From Promethearchaeota archaeon (GTDB taxonomy: Archaea; Asgardarchaeota; Lokiarchaeia; Sigyniarchaeales; SOKP01), in assembly GCA_048937405.1 (NCBI GenBank), contig JBHLNF010000001.1, positions 416,001 to 480,000 on the forward strand: 64,000 bases of DNA. Direction: 5' to 3'. This document shows, piece after piece, positions 17,258-27,838 of this stretch. The position numbers and the translations under genes were made by a program. The notes beneath the pieces are model-generated. The model did not search any database, was not told the DNA's origin, and saw nothing but the letters and a program-made list of their open reading frames with translations. Numbering within the stretch: the stretch's first letter is position 1; each line of letters opens with the position of its first letter.

Positions 17258-19576
17258 TTAAGAAAAAAAATCAAACCAAGATGTGTCTAGTAACCCAGTT
17301 CTTCTACTTTTATTTAGTTTAAGTACAAAAGGTTTAATTTTAGTCAATAAAATGTGTGGTTCATATTCCCAAGCACCCTTTTTATCAAAACTAACACAAA
17401 TTATATTTCCATCTGGAATCTGTAGAAATTCTTTTAACATCAGACCATAAAGTCCTACTTGAGGTAGAGAAGTAAAAAAAGAATAATCATCTGGCTTAAA
17501 ATCTACAACATATACAACATTACATCTGAATTGAATTAAATCAATGTGTCCTAATAGAAAAACATTATTTCGAACAGATTTCCAGATGGGAACTTCAATT
17601 GCATAACTATTCTCATCTTCATTTAGAATAACAGTAAGAATTGGTTTATGTCCTGGTTTTAGAAATCCATCTGCCTGATATTTTTTATATTCTTTCTGAG
17701 CGATTTTTGAAAGGGCATAATTTTGATTATAAATATGTAGTTCACCTTTTTCTTGTAGTTCTTTAATAAAAGGATTGATTATTGGAGCTTTCAAAGGTTC
17801 TTTATTCGAACCTTGGATACTATAATCAGAAGCACGTGGATTTGATGAATCATTAAAGGCATTCAGTGGTATTATATCACCTTCCATAATATCAGTGAAA
17901 AATTTATATAAATTACAATTCAGAAGGGAATTATTAAACTTATTGATTGAATGTTGTTCATCGTTCCATTTAAATGAATATTTTACACCTTGATGATAGA
18001 AATCTTTAACTTTTAAACTTTTCAATCTTTTTAAATCATTTTTTAACTCAATTTTATGATCAGAAATATTTTTTTCAATAAAATCATCAAATTTCTTAAA
18101 AATTTTAGGTTCAGTGAATTGAGAACCTCTTTTAACAAATTTAGCTAAATTTGCAACACTATCTCCCCCATATATATCTAATTTTTTTACAAAATCTAAA
18201 GGCTTTAAATCAGAATTTTTAAAAATTTTAAGTAAAAATTTTGTATCATGAGATGGATTCTGTTCTAATAATTCTTCAAAATCATTACTAGAATAATTGT
18301 GTTTTTTGATTTTTGGAATATGTTTAATAATATAAGAATAAATAGGGCTTCTATTTGTAGTTGCTGTACTATAATCCCAATTTTCACCAATTAATTCTTT
18401 TAGACTATCCCTCGTAACACAATCTTCAAAAATTTTATTTTGTTTTATTGAAAAATATAATAATGAGATTGCAATTAATTGTGGAAAAGTATATCTATTA
18501 CTTTGTGAATCTTTTTTAACTTTAAATCCATTTTTAATAGCGATATCAAATAGTTCTAATGCTTTACTTTTGGTTTCATTTTTTATTTGTGATTTGAAAT
18601 AATTTACTCTATTAGCTTTTAAAATATAATGATCCAAAAAATCTGATACCTTATCTCTAAAAGCTAATTGATCAATATAATAGTAATTATGGAGAATATA
18701 CATATAAATTGGAGAAAAAACTTTTTCAACAAGTTGGTAATTTTCAAAATTATTTATAATACTTAGAAAATCTCCCTGTTCTAAATTATTATTATTTTGA
18801 TATCGCAAATACAAATAACAAAAAGCAGCTGAGTAATATTTAGGATCCTTTGTTTCTGGAGCAGACTTATAAAACCTCTTTATCTTTTCACTAGTGTTTA
18901 CACATTGAATGTAATTTAGTCCATTTATAAATAATTCATCTACTTGGATGAGATTTTCTTCTAAATTTAGATTTTTTTTTATATCGTTTATGTAATAAAT
19001 AATATCATCAAAATAGTTCTCATAATTAGTTAATTTATAATTAATTATTGGTCTTGAAAGATTTTTATATTTAGGTAATTCACTAAGAAGTCTTACATAA
19101 TAATTTTTTGTACGAGAGAGATTGTCCTTCTGAAGATTTAATCGCACAGCAAGTTCTTTTACTTTTAATTTTTTTCCTATAAGATCTAATCCAATAAAAA
19201 TGAGAGAACATGCAGTATATTTAACATCCTTTATGGGTAAATTATAATATAAATTGTTAAATTGTTCAGATTCATCTAATCCAGAGTTATTTCTTAAACT
19301 GTCTTGAAAAATATTGAATAATTCCTTAACAGAAAATGTAGTATCTCCTTTGTTTTTTAATTTTTCTTTGAATTCTTTTAAAGTTTGGATTAAATCAAAT
19401 TCAAACATGTTTTTTTTAGAAAAAATAGTTTTGTTAGTAGGGGAAAGATTTTCCTGCAATTCATTGATTTGAGTATTAATGAGATTATTGTCAAAACATG
19501 AACTATTTTGAGAATTCTTAAAGCGCGAAGGATTTTTTGTACAAGTATATTTTTTTTTATTGTTATCATTTGTCAT
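17258..19576 (-). CDS. large protein with TFB/cyclin-like repeats and C-terminal PD-(D/E)XK (RecB/Cas4-like) nuclease
   Basis: IEVPIWK..GHIDLI..VVDFKP..PQVGLYG; helical repeats such as YTACSLIFIGLDLIGKKLKVKELA. Confidence 0.6.
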   Translation of the reverse strand: MTNDNNKKKYTCTKNPSRFKNSQNSSCFDNNLINTQINELQENLSPTNKTIFSKKNMFEFDLIQTLKEFKEKLKNKGDTTFSVKELFNIFQDSLRNNSGLDESEQFNNLYYNLPIKDVKYTACSLIFIGLDLIGKKLKVKELAVRLNLQKDNLSRTKNYYVRLLSELPKYKNLSRPIINYKLTNYENYFDDIIYYINDIKKNLNLEENLIQVDELFINGLNYIQCVNTSEKIKRFYKSAPETKDPKYYSAAFCYLYLRYQNNNNLEQGDFLSIINNFENYQLVEKVFSPIYMYILHNYYYIDQLAFRDKVSDFLDHYILKANRVNYFKSQIKNETKSKALELFDIAIKNGFKVKKDSQSNRYTFPQLIAISLLYFSIKQNKIFEDCVTRDSLKELIGENWDYSTATTNRSPIYSYIIKHIPKIKKHNYSSNDFEELLEQNPSHDTKFLLKIFKNSDLKPLDFVKKLDIYGGDSVANLAKFVKRGSQFTEPKIFKKFDDFIEKNISDHKIELKNDLKRLKSLKVKDFYHQGVKYSFKWNDEQHSINKFNNSLLNCNLYKFFTDIMEGDIIPLNAFNDSSNPRASDYSIQGSNKEPLKAPIINPFIKELQEKGELHIYNQNYALSKIAQKEYKKYQADGFLKPGHKPILTVILNEDENSYAIEVPIWKSVRNNVFLLGHIDLIQFRCNVVYVVDFKPDDYSFFTSLPQVGLYGLMLKEFLQIPDGNIICVSFDKKGAWEYEPHILLTKIKPFVLKLNKSRRTGLLDTSWFDFFS

Positions 19577-19784
19577 ATTGTAAATAATTCGTAGATATAT
19601 ATAAAATAAAAAAGTGATTCATTAATTTCTAATTTTCAACATTATTTTTTTTTTATTGGCTGTTTTCTCACAATTTTTATAATAAATAGGATATAAGTTT
19701 TTAATCTGATTTGAATTAATTATACGAAATAATAACAAAATCCTATTATAAAAAGGTGAACTTGAAATCACTCATTTAGAATTA

Positions 19785-20972
19785 ATGAAAGATATTTATT
19801 ATGTTGGTTATGTAGATTGGGAGGTAAGAAATTTTCATGGATATTCTACACACCGAGGTAGTAGTTATAATGCATATTTAGTTAAAGGAGAGAAAACTGT
19901 ACTCATTGATAATGTTAAACGACCATATTTTGATTATTTTCTAAAGAATATAAAAGATGTATGTGATCCTTCCGAAATTGACTATTTCATTACAAACCAT
20001 GTTGAGATGGATCATTCCGGGTCCTTTCCATTAATTATTAAATATCTTCCCAATGCTGAATTAATTGCATCTAAGAGAGGAGTTGAAATATTAAAAGCTC
20101 ATTTTCATGAAGAAGTTGATGAGGAGGTATTTAATAAAATTAGAGCTGTTGAGGAAGGGGATACTTTAGATATTGGGAATGGGAAAAAATTTACATTTGT
20201 GCCAATACCAATGATTCATTGGCCTGATTCTATGGTTTCTTTTATGACTGATGAGAATGGAAAGAACGTATTATTTTCAAATGATGCCTTTGGACAACAT
20301 TATGCAACTTCTAGACGTTGGGATGATGAAAATGATTTAGCTGAAGTATTCCAAGAAGCAGAAAAATACTATGCTAATATTCTACTTCATCTCTCTGGAT
20401 TAATAGCAAAGACATTACCTAAGGTGGGAGCATTACCAATTGAAATTATATGTCCTTCTCATGGTGTTTGTTGGAGAAAACATATCCCCGAGATATTGGA
20501 GAGATATACTAAATGGAGTAAAGGAGAAATAGATAATAATAGTGTGCTTATTATTTATGACACAATGTGGGAAAGTACAGCAAAAATTGCTAAAGCATTA
20601 ACCAATGAAATCAAACATCGAGGAATTCATGTAAAAAGGTACAGATTAACCACCGCAGATTATTCAGATGTAATAACAGAAGCCATGAAAGCAAAAGCCA
20701 TCTTAGTTGGTAGCCCAACTTTAAATAATGGATTGTATCCAACTGTAGCTGAATATTTATCATACCAAAAGGGATTAAAACCTATGAATAAGGTAGGATT
20801 AGCTTTTGGCTCTTATGGTTGGGGTGGCGGTGCTGTAAAAGAAATTGTTGAACAAATGAAGGCTGCTAAAATTGATGTAATGCAAGAAACAATAGAAATT
20901 AAATTTGTTCCAAGAATACAAGATTTAGATTTTAAAGAAATCGTCGATAAATTAGTAGAAAAGATGGGGTAA
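19785..20972 (+). CDS. fprA: flavodiiron protein (A-type flavoprotein); start may be ATC at 19767
   Basis: GSSYNAYL, NHVEMDHSG, HWPDSM, SNDAFG, PSHG, FGSYGWGGGA. Confidence 0.93.
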   Translation: MKDIYYVGYVDWEVRNFHGYSTHRGSSYNAYLVKGEKTVLIDNVKRPYFDYFLKNIKDVCDPSEIDYFITNHVEMDHSGSFPLIIKYLPNAELIASKRGVEILKAHFHEEVDEEVFNKIRAVEEGDTLDIGNGKKFTFVPIPMIHWPDSMVSFMTDENGKNVLFSNDAFGQHYATSRRWDDENDLAEVFQEAEKYYANILLHLSGLIAKTLPKVGALPIEIICPSHGVCWRKHIPEILERYTKWSKGEIDNNSVLIIYDTMWESTAKIAKALTNEIKHRGIHVKRYRLTTADYSDVITEAMKAKAILVGSPTLNNGLYPTVAEYLSYQKGLKPMNKVGLAFGSYGWGGGAVKEIVEQMKAAKIDVMQETIEIKFVPRIQDLDFKEIVDKLVEKMG

Positions 20973-20987
20973 AAGGAGGCAGTTAAA

Positions 20988-22166
20988 ATGGAGTTTATGT
21001 TAACTGAAGAACAAAAGACTTTGCAGAAAAAAGCAAGAGAATTTGCAATTAATGAAGTATTACCTGTTGCTCGAAAATATGATGAATCTGAAGAATTTCC
21101 TTTGCCAGTCATTAAAAAAGCTTGGGAAGAAAAATTGTTAAATTTAGGGATCCCTAAAAAATATGGTGGTTCCGGTTTTGGGTTAATAGATTCCTGTATT
21201 GTTGTTGAGGAAATTTCCTCCGCATGTCCCGGAATTGCTACCTCAATCTTCGATAATAACCTTGGTGCTGAACCAATTGTAATTGGAGGAAATGAAGAAC
21301 AGAAACAAAGAATTTTAACTGAATTAATTAATGAATTTAAATTAATTGCTTTTGCTACTTCTGAACCTATGATGGGTTCTGACGTCGCTGGAATGAAATG
21401 CAAAGCAGAGAAGGATGGAGATGAGTATATTTTAAATGGCAATAAGTTTTGGATTACTAATGGGGGATATGCTGATTATATCACGGTATTTGCTACAGTA
21501 GATCCTGAAAAAAAGCATAAAGGTATTTGTGCTTTTATTGTAGATACCAAAAGTGAAGGCGTAAAATTGGGTAAGCATATTCCAAAATTAGGTCAAAGAT
21601 CATCAAATACCGTATCAGTAGGACTCAAAAATGTAAGGATTCCTGAAGAAAATGTTCTTGCCAAACCAGGAAGAGGATTCGTTTTAGCCATGCAAACATT
21701 TGCCCATACTCGACCCGCCATTGGAGCATTTGCAGTAGGATGTGCTCGTTCCGCAATGGAGTATTCTATTGATTATGCCCAAAAAAGAGAAGCTTTTGGA
21801 AGACCAATTGGAAATTATCAAGCAATTCAAGAAAAAATAGCTAATATGTATAAAGACATTGAAGCTGCACGGTTATTAACATATAAAGCAGCTTGGGAAG
21901 CTGATCAAGGCATGGATAATAATTTGAGTTCCTCTATTGCCAAAGCTTTCGCTTCAGACGTTGTTATGAATGTTACAACAGAAGCAATCCAAATTTTTGG
22001 AGGTTATGGATATCTGAGAACATATCCCGTAGAAAAACTATTTAGAGATGCTAAATTATACCAAATATATGAGGGTACGAGTGAAATTCAGAGAATTGTT
22101 ATTTCTCGATTTGTTATGAAACAATATGAGCATGCAATGCCATTTCTTGGAAAAAAAAGAAATTAA
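20988..22166 (+). CDS. acyl-CoA dehydrogenase
   Basis: SEPMMGSD, LNGNKFWITNG, AIQIFGGYGY, IYEGTSEIQR. Confidence 0.95.
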   Translation: MEFMLTEEQKTLQKKAREFAINEVLPVARKYDESEEFPLPVIKKAWEEKLLNLGIPKKYGGSGFGLIDSCIVVEEISSACPGIATSIFDNNLGAEPIVIGGNEEQKQRILTELINEFKLIAFATSEPMMGSDVAGMKCKAEKDGDEYILNGNKFWITNGGYADYITVFATVDPEKKHKGICAFIVDTKSEGVKLGKHIPKLGQRSSNTVSVGLKNVRIPEENVLAKPGRGFVLAMQTFAHTRPAIGAFAVGCARSAMEYSIDYAQKREAFGRPIGNYQAIQEKIANMYKDIEAARLLTYKAAWEADQGMDNNLSSSIAKAFASDVVMNVTTEAIQIFGGYGYLRTYPVEKLFRDAKLYQIYEGTSEIQRIVISRFVMKQYEHAMPFLGKKRN

Positions 22167-22230
22167 GAACAATCTAACTATATTATTTTTATTCTTTATT
22201 TGGGAAAAAATTAATAAGATAAATCGATAA

Positions 22231-22548
22231 TTATTTCTTCTTAGGGGTAAAAAATTTAGTAATCAAATTATAGAATTCATTCAATGCTTCCTTTCCTCTA
22301 AGAGTAGTCTGATACATAATACTACTATCATTTTCTTTTTCGATAGTCCGTAATAGATTACGTTCTATAAGAAATAGGAGATATTCTTTACATAAACTGG
22401 TTCTTAAATGTAATTTTTGTAAAATTTTACTAAGATGACAAGGTTCTCGGGAACATAAATCCAAAATTTGGGCCCAAATTTCATATTTATTTCTACGACT
22501 TGTGACTGAATTAATTTCATCATGGATTGTTTTTTTCATCATTATCAT
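22231..22548 (-). CDS. winged-helix DNA-binding protein
   Basis: RRNKYEIWAQIL..YLLFLIERNLL..YQTTLRG. Confidence 0.7.
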   Translation of the reverse strand: MIMMKKTIHDEINSVTSRRNKYEIWAQILDLCSREPCHLSKILQKLHLRTSLCKEYLLFLIERNLLRTIEKENDSSIMYQTTLRGKEALNEFYNLITKFFTPKKK

Positions 22549-22560
22549 GTAAATTTAATT

Positions 22561-23472
22561 TTAATATGTTTCATTTCTCTGTCCACAATATATACAGAAT
22601 TTAGCATTTAGTTCTAATAATTTGCCACAGTTTACACAATATCTATCATTTGGAAATCCCAAATTATTAAAATCTTTATCTAACAATGCCATATATCCTT
22701 CTTTTGGTATTATATCATATTTATCTAATAAATCCCCCCAAGCATTTAATTCATGATATCCTTTTAACCATTTATTAGTATATCTTAAAATTAAATAGGT
22801 TAAAATACTATGAGAAACCATTAAAATATTAGCAAATAACAAAAAAGGATGATCTATTGTATAGTATATGAAATCTAATACACCAGAAACACTTAAACGA
22901 TGAAAAAAACTCATATAAACAATTGCTGTCCAATATATTATGTCATATATTAAAAAATTCCTTTCATCTTTAAAAATTATTCTCATTTTTTCATCCATTG
23001 ATTTCTCAGTATCTTGACGCAGTTTCCTAACATTCCAAATTTTTTTACCTAATCTAAATTTAGATGTATATATCTTGATCATCAGCAAGAGTTCTTCAGA
23101 AAGGTAATTTAAATTCTGTTTTTCTTTTAAAGAATATTCACGATGAATATCAATTGTTTCGGCAATATATCTAATTAAAATATATAATAAAAAAATTACA
23201 AGTCCAATGAAACTAAATAATAAAATTAAAAATAATCTGGGGTAATATGGGAAGGGGAATAATAAAAGGAATAAGAAAATAAGGGATGATATCCCCATCA
23301 TCGCAGATATTTGCTGAAATACTAAAAATATTTGAGTCTTACGGATTCGTCTTAAGAGAAGATTATGATTTTTCTTTAATTTTTCATCAATTTCATCAGG
23401 AATTCCAATATGGGATTTCATATGTAAAATATAAATTTTATGCATATAAACAGATATGGAACTAAGTTCCAA
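22561..23472 (-). CDS. membrane protein with C-terminal zinc ribbon (start uncertain)
   Basis: 4 TM segments; CVNCG..AKFCIYCG. Confidence 0.7.
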   Translation of the reverse strand: MELSSISVYMHKIYILHMKSHIGIPDEIDEKLKKNHNLLLRRIRKTQIFLVFQQISAMMGISSLIFLFLLLFPFPYYPRLFLILLFSFIGLVIFLLYILIRYIAETIDIHREYSLKEKQNLNYLSEELLLMIKIYTSKFRLGKKIWNVRKLRQDTEKSMDEKMRIIFKDERNFLIYDIIYWTAIVYMSFFHRLSVSGVLDFIYYTIDHPFLLFANILMVSHSILTYLILRYTNKWLKGYHELNAWGDLLDKYDIIPKEGYMALLDKDFNNLGFPNDRYCVNCGKLLELNAKFCIYCGQRNETY

Positions 23473-23571
23473 TTTATTTTTACTTTAGGAATTATTTAAA
23501 TTCTATATGTTCTCATCCATTTATAGACTTTTTCTAATAAAGAGATATTGTTGGCTCTAAATTTGTTTGTT

Positions 23572-24039
23572 TTACTCATTCAATTTTTTCTTTTTAAGAA
23601 AATCATAATAAGTTTTATTATATTTACGTTGGCATAAATTATCACAAAATATTTGAAAGTTGTGGTCTAGCCAGAGTTTCCTCAACTCGTGAATTTTTAA
23701 ATAATTATGAATTTTACTAAACTTGTAAATATCTATTGGAGATCCGCAGAATAAACAATTTCTTTCCTTTAATTCTTGCTCAATCTTTTTTAATTCATGA
23801 ATTTTAAGAAACCTAAAACATTCACAACAATGGAACTCTAAAAAAGGAGTTTGCCATAATTTTAAAATATATTCAGGAGTAAAATTAACATTGTCGCTAA
23901 GAAAGTCATAAATATTGAGATCTTTCTTACAGTTCCAACATGTCCTTTTCTTAAAGTATTTTTCCGCTTTAATTAAATCCCTTAGCTTTTGAATTTTATC
24001 CCATAGACTAGCATTATTCAACTTTTTTAAGAACATCAA
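23572..24039 (-). CDS. hypothetical protein with two internal Cys-rich (Zn-finger-like) repeats
   Basis: CWNC..LW..FHCCEC and CLFC..LW..IFCDNLC. Confidence 0.6.
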   Translation of the reverse strand: MMFLKKLNNASLWDKIQKLRDLIKAEKYFKKRTCWNCKKDLNIYDFLSDNVNFTPEYILKLWQTPFLEFHCCECFRFLKIHELKKIEQELKERNCLFCGSPIDIYKFSKIHNYLKIHELRKLWLDHNFQIFCDNLCQRKYNKTYYDFLKKKKLNE

Positions 24040-24157
24040 ACGTTCCTCAAATTTATTCTTATATCTAATTATAATAGATTAGTATTATTCCAACTTTTTA
24101 TAATGATCGTTTGTAATAAGTAATTGCTAAATTAATCGATTATTTTTTTTTTATCTC

Positions 24158-24703
24158 CTACATCTTTAGGATTTTTTTTGCTGCTAATAAGAAATTTTCA
24201 CATATTAAAGTTGGTTTTATTCCAAAAGACTCTAAATCGTTTATATGTTCATTACCATGTCCAGTTCTGAGAAATACTGTTTTACTACCTGCGTTTATCC
24301 CAAATTCTATATCTAAAGGATGATCTCCAATCATCCATGATCTAGTGATATCCACGTTAAATTCACTAATGATTTCTTTAGCAAATTTAGTCTTAGGTTT
24401 TCGACATTCGCAATTATGCTCTTTTAAATGAGGACAGAAATAAGTTTCAAGAATGTTAATTTTTTCTTTTTTTAATATCTCCAATAAATGATTATTAAAC
24501 TTATGAAAATCTTGAGTGGTATAAAATCCTCTTCCTATACCTGATTGATTAGTTACAATAAAAAAAAGAAATTGATTACTAAGTAATTTTAATCCTTCGA
24601 TGACTCCCAGTAATAGTTTAAAATCTTTAATTTGATAAGCGTAATTCTTATCTTCAATTAAAGTACCATCTCTATCTAAAATAATAACTTTATTTTTAAC
24701 CAT
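24158..24703 (-). CDS. GmhB/HisB-family HAD phosphatase
   Basis: LDRDGTL, TNQSGIGRG, CPH..CECRKP, MIGD. Confidence 0.9.
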   Translation of the reverse strand: MVKNKVIILDRDGTLIEDKNYAYQIKDFKLLLGVIEGLKLLSNQFLFFIVTNQSGIGRGFYTTQDFHKFNNHLLEILKKEKINILETYFCPHLKEHNCECRKPKTKFAKEIISEFNVDITRSWMIGDHPLDIEFGINAGSKTVFLRTGHGNEHINDLESFGIKPTLICENFLLAAKKILKM

Positions 24704-24748
24704 CTCTAATTACCTCAATCTAACTCCAAAATAAATTAAGAAATTTAT

Positions 24749-26104
24749 TTAGAAAAATAAGAAAGTAATTATAGCTAAATACCCAATTCCCAATAAAATA
24801 TGGAATAATGCAAATAAACCTCCGATTTTTAATAATCTCTTATAATTCATACCATCAACACAATATTTAGTAGAGAGTTCTAAAGTCATCATATCTGCTG
24901 CAGATCCTTGAGGTAAAAAATTACCTCCTAAATTAATACCTAATATAAATGCAATTAAGAGAGGTGCAGCTGAAAAGTCTAAAGAAACTAATAGCTGTAT
25001 AACAGGAATGAAAATTACAGTAACAGGTACATTATCAAGAAATCCAGAAAGAATAGATGTGATAATTAAAATTAAAATTGATAATAAGAAAATATGCTCT
25101 GGGGCTATAAAATTTATAAAATCTTCAATTATTCCTATAACTCCAGAAACTTCAAAACAATAAACTAATACAAATAAACATATAAAGAAGAATATTAGTT
25201 TAAAATCTACTTCTTTGAGATAGTGGGAGATATCTGGTTGTTTCTTACCAGATTCTTTCATTCGAGGATTAATGAAAACAAATATAAGCATTCCTAAAAG
25301 TCCTACAAAAAGAATATTTGGAATTATAATTAATAAAGAGAAGAAGATCAATAAAGCGATTAAATTTTTATAAAATACTTTAGATTTTATTGGTTTCTCC
25401 ATAATTATTAATTCATGCACTTCCACAGTTTCTTGATTGAGAGGCTCTTCATATTCCGAACAATGTGGAACCCAGATCTCCTGTAAATGCTTCCTTAAGA
25501 AAAATCTGTCTAATAAAAATAAAGTTATAATAACCGCAATAATAAAATATAGTCCTAAATTAAGGAAAAACCAGGTTGTTGTTAGTTGAAATTTATCTGC
25601 AATTAAAATATTTTGAGCTGATCCAAATGGAGTCAATGTAGCTGCCAAATTAATACATATTGTCATTCCCATTAATATCGGAGTAGGATTTATCTTTAAC
25701 TTCTCTGAAGTGCTTATTATCATAGGAATAAAAATAATAGCGACTGAAATATCTTCGATAAAAGCGGCACTAAGTGTTGAAATCAAACATATTACCCAAA
25801 AAAATTGACGCGTATTAGTGCTATACTTGTTGGTTATTCGCAATGCAATTTCATTGAAAATACGTTTATCCTCTAAAATTGCTACGATTGTAAACATTGA
25901 AATTAAGAAAAAAATTACAGTCCAGTCTATTGCTTGAAAAAAATCTTCAAGAGATATTGGAATTGGTGAAAAGAAATATGTTGCTGTAGCTGCTGCCAAC
26001 ATGGAAGCTAAACTATACGCTAAAAAATCTGTTTTCTCACGAAAAAGAGCAATTATTACTATAATAAAGCAGAAAACTATGAATAATTGTAAAATGTAAT
26101 TCAT
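24749..26104 (-). CDS. ArsB/NhaD/SLC13-family permease
   Basis: TLTPFGSAQNI, SGFLDNVP, NLGGNFLPQGSAA. Confidence 0.85.
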   Translation of the reverse strand: MNYILQLFIVFCFIIVIIALFREKTDFLAYSLASMLAAATATYFFSPIPISLEDFFQAIDWTVIFFLISMFTIVAILEDKRIFNEIALRITNKYSTNTRQFFWVICLISTLSAAFIEDISVAIIFIPMIISTSEKLKINPTPILMGMTICINLAATLTPFGSAQNILIADKFQLTTTWFFLNLGLYFIIAVIITLFLLDRFFLRKHLQEIWVPHCSEYEEPLNQETVEVHELIIMEKPIKSKVFYKNLIALLIFFSLLIIIPNILFVGLLGMLIFVFINPRMKESGKKQPDISHYLKEVDFKLIFFFICLFVLVYCFEVSGVIGIIEDFINFIAPEHIFLLSILILIITSILSGFLDNVPVTVIFIPVIQLLVSLDFSAAPLLIAFILGINLGGNFLPQGSAADMMTLELSTKYCVDGMNYKRLLKIGGLFALFHILLGIGYLAIITFLFF

Positions 26105-26225
26105 TGTTCTTCTTTAATAGGGTTCTTTTATTTCACTGATACTAATAAAAGTAGTTTAAAATCTTAATAATCCATTATTTTAAAATATTTAAAAAAAAAT
26201 AAAAATAAAATATTAAATTTCAAGT

Positions 26226-26612
26226 TTAACTTTTCCATAAAAAGTGTAGATTACAATATTCTCTCGCCCAGAGACCTTCTGAATTAGCAACAGTAAAAGT
26301 TGCCTTAGGCTCCATACCAGGCTTTAAGAATCTTCTTTCGTAGCAACCATCTTTACAAATTATTTCAATCCACATTATATAATGCTCATCGGTCATTGGA
26401 TGAGGTGTTCCCATTGATATTCCTACATCTACAGTAACTTTATCACCCTCAATAGTAATTTTAGGCACATGTTTTTCCGTTTTCCAATCAGTAGTTTGTT
26501 CCTCCATAAGTTTCATTGGTTGTCCACAACAGATAGTTTCTAGAGATGCTGGATTTAATATTTCGATAACTTTTCCGCATACACTACATCTATATATTTC
26601 TTTTTGTTTCAT
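26226..26612 (-). CDS. dfx: desulfoferrodoxin / superoxide reductase
   Basis: CSVCG..CCGQPM, EKHVP, HPM..HYIMWI, YCNLH. Confidence 0.93.
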   Translation of the reverse strand: MKQKEIYRCSVCGKVIEILNPASLETICCGQPMKLMEEQTTDWKTEKHVPKITIEGDKVTVDVGISMGTPHPMTDEHYIMWIEIICKDGCYERRFLKPGMEPKATFTVANSEGLWAREYCNLHFLWKS

Positions 26613-26701
26613 AATAATTTCACGTATTCTATTTCTGTCTTTAAATCATATATATTAATTTTTAAAAATTATGCTTTTAAATTAAAAATTCATAACTTCT
26701 T

Positions 26702-27292
26702 TTAGAAATCTTCGCATTTCTTTCTATAATATTCCCGAGGATGATCACAGGATGGACATATGAAATCTTTTGGTAACTCATCCATTTCTACTTCATAGCC
26801 ACACTCCATACAGACCCATACAATTTTCTTTCCACGTTTAAAGAAAGCATCATCACCAACTAATTTTAAGAGCTTTCCATATCGTTCTGAATGGTGTTTC
26901 TCAGCTTTTATAATTGCCTTTACTCTTTTAGCAATGTCAGGATATCCTTCTTTCTCAGCAGTTTCAACTATATCGGGATAAAGGGTTTGCCATTCCATAT
27001 TCTCTCCTGCTATAGCAGATTTAAGGTTTTCAATCGTAGTTCCTAGGGTTGTTGGAAATTCAGCATCAGGAAGGACTTTCATTTCATCAAAATCTTCTTC
27101 TTTCTTAAACTGTTGGAGCATCTTATAAAACCAGCTACCATGTTCCTTTTCTTGATCTGAGGTTTCATCAAAAATTTTTGATACTAGTACGTATCCATCC
27201 TTCTTTGCAACTTTAGAAAAGTAATTATATCGATTTCTGGCTTGTGATTCACCAACATATGCGGTGTATAATTTTTTAGGTGTTTCTTTCAT
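26702..27292 (-). CDS. rbr: rubrerythrin
   Basis: GESQARNRY, EKEH, EKHH, CMECG..CPSCDHP. Confidence 0.93.
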   Translation of the reverse strand: MKETPKKLYTAYVGESQARNRYNYFSKVAKKDGYVLVSKIFDETSDQEKEHGSWFYKMLQQFKKEEDFDEMKVLPDAEFPTTLGTTIENLKSAIAGENMEWQTLYPDIVETAEKEGYPDIAKRVKAIIKAEKHHSERYGKLLKLVGDDAFFKRGKKIVWVCMECGYEVEMDELPKDFICPSCDHPREYYRKKCEDF

Positions 27293-27484
27293 AATTTTTA
27301 ACCTCCATTTTAAATTGGAAATTCGTAATGTTTGAATATCTTTGAATTAAACTTATTTTGCCTATTTTAAAACTTTTTTACTTATAATTTAAAGAAAAAT
27401 CTTATGGAAAAACTTGGGAAAATATTTAAATCATTGATAAAAGTGTTTAACTAAAATAATTGTTTTCAATCATTTTTAATCATA

Positions 27485-27814
27485 ATGTCGATAATTTTAT
27501 CAAATAAATCTGAAGAATATCTACGGAAGAGTATAACTTCTAATTTTATTGTTGATATTATGTTTATTGAGGAAGCATGTACTCAAATTTATAATCCAAC
27601 GATAGAATATATTAAAGATGTGGATTTAGAAAATTATAAGGATTATGAAAAAGTATCTAATGAGAATTTGATATTATATTTGTCTGATTGGTTTATTAAA
27701 ATTTACGGAAAATTGGAAGAATATCATTTAGATGTGGGGGGATTTTTTAAAAAAAAATTAACAATTACAAACATAGATCCAATTATTAAAAATACTTGTA
27801 GAATTGATAAATAA
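27485..27814 (+). CDS. hypothetical protein, weakly HesB/IscA-like
   Basis: 109 aa with two Cys; fold guess only. Confidence 0.45.
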   Translation: MSIILSNKSEEYLRKSITSNFIVDIMFIEEACTQIYNPTIEYIKDVDLENYKDYEKVSNENLILYLSDWFIKIYGKLEEYHLDVGGFFKKKLTITNIDPIIKNTCRIDK

Positions 27815-27838
27815 ACAGGAAAAGAACTCTTTTTATAA

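Noticed and set aside
20813-21442. 209-aa antisense ORF and the other short antisense ORFs in the track
   Set aside because: Shadows of well-supported genes on the opposite strand
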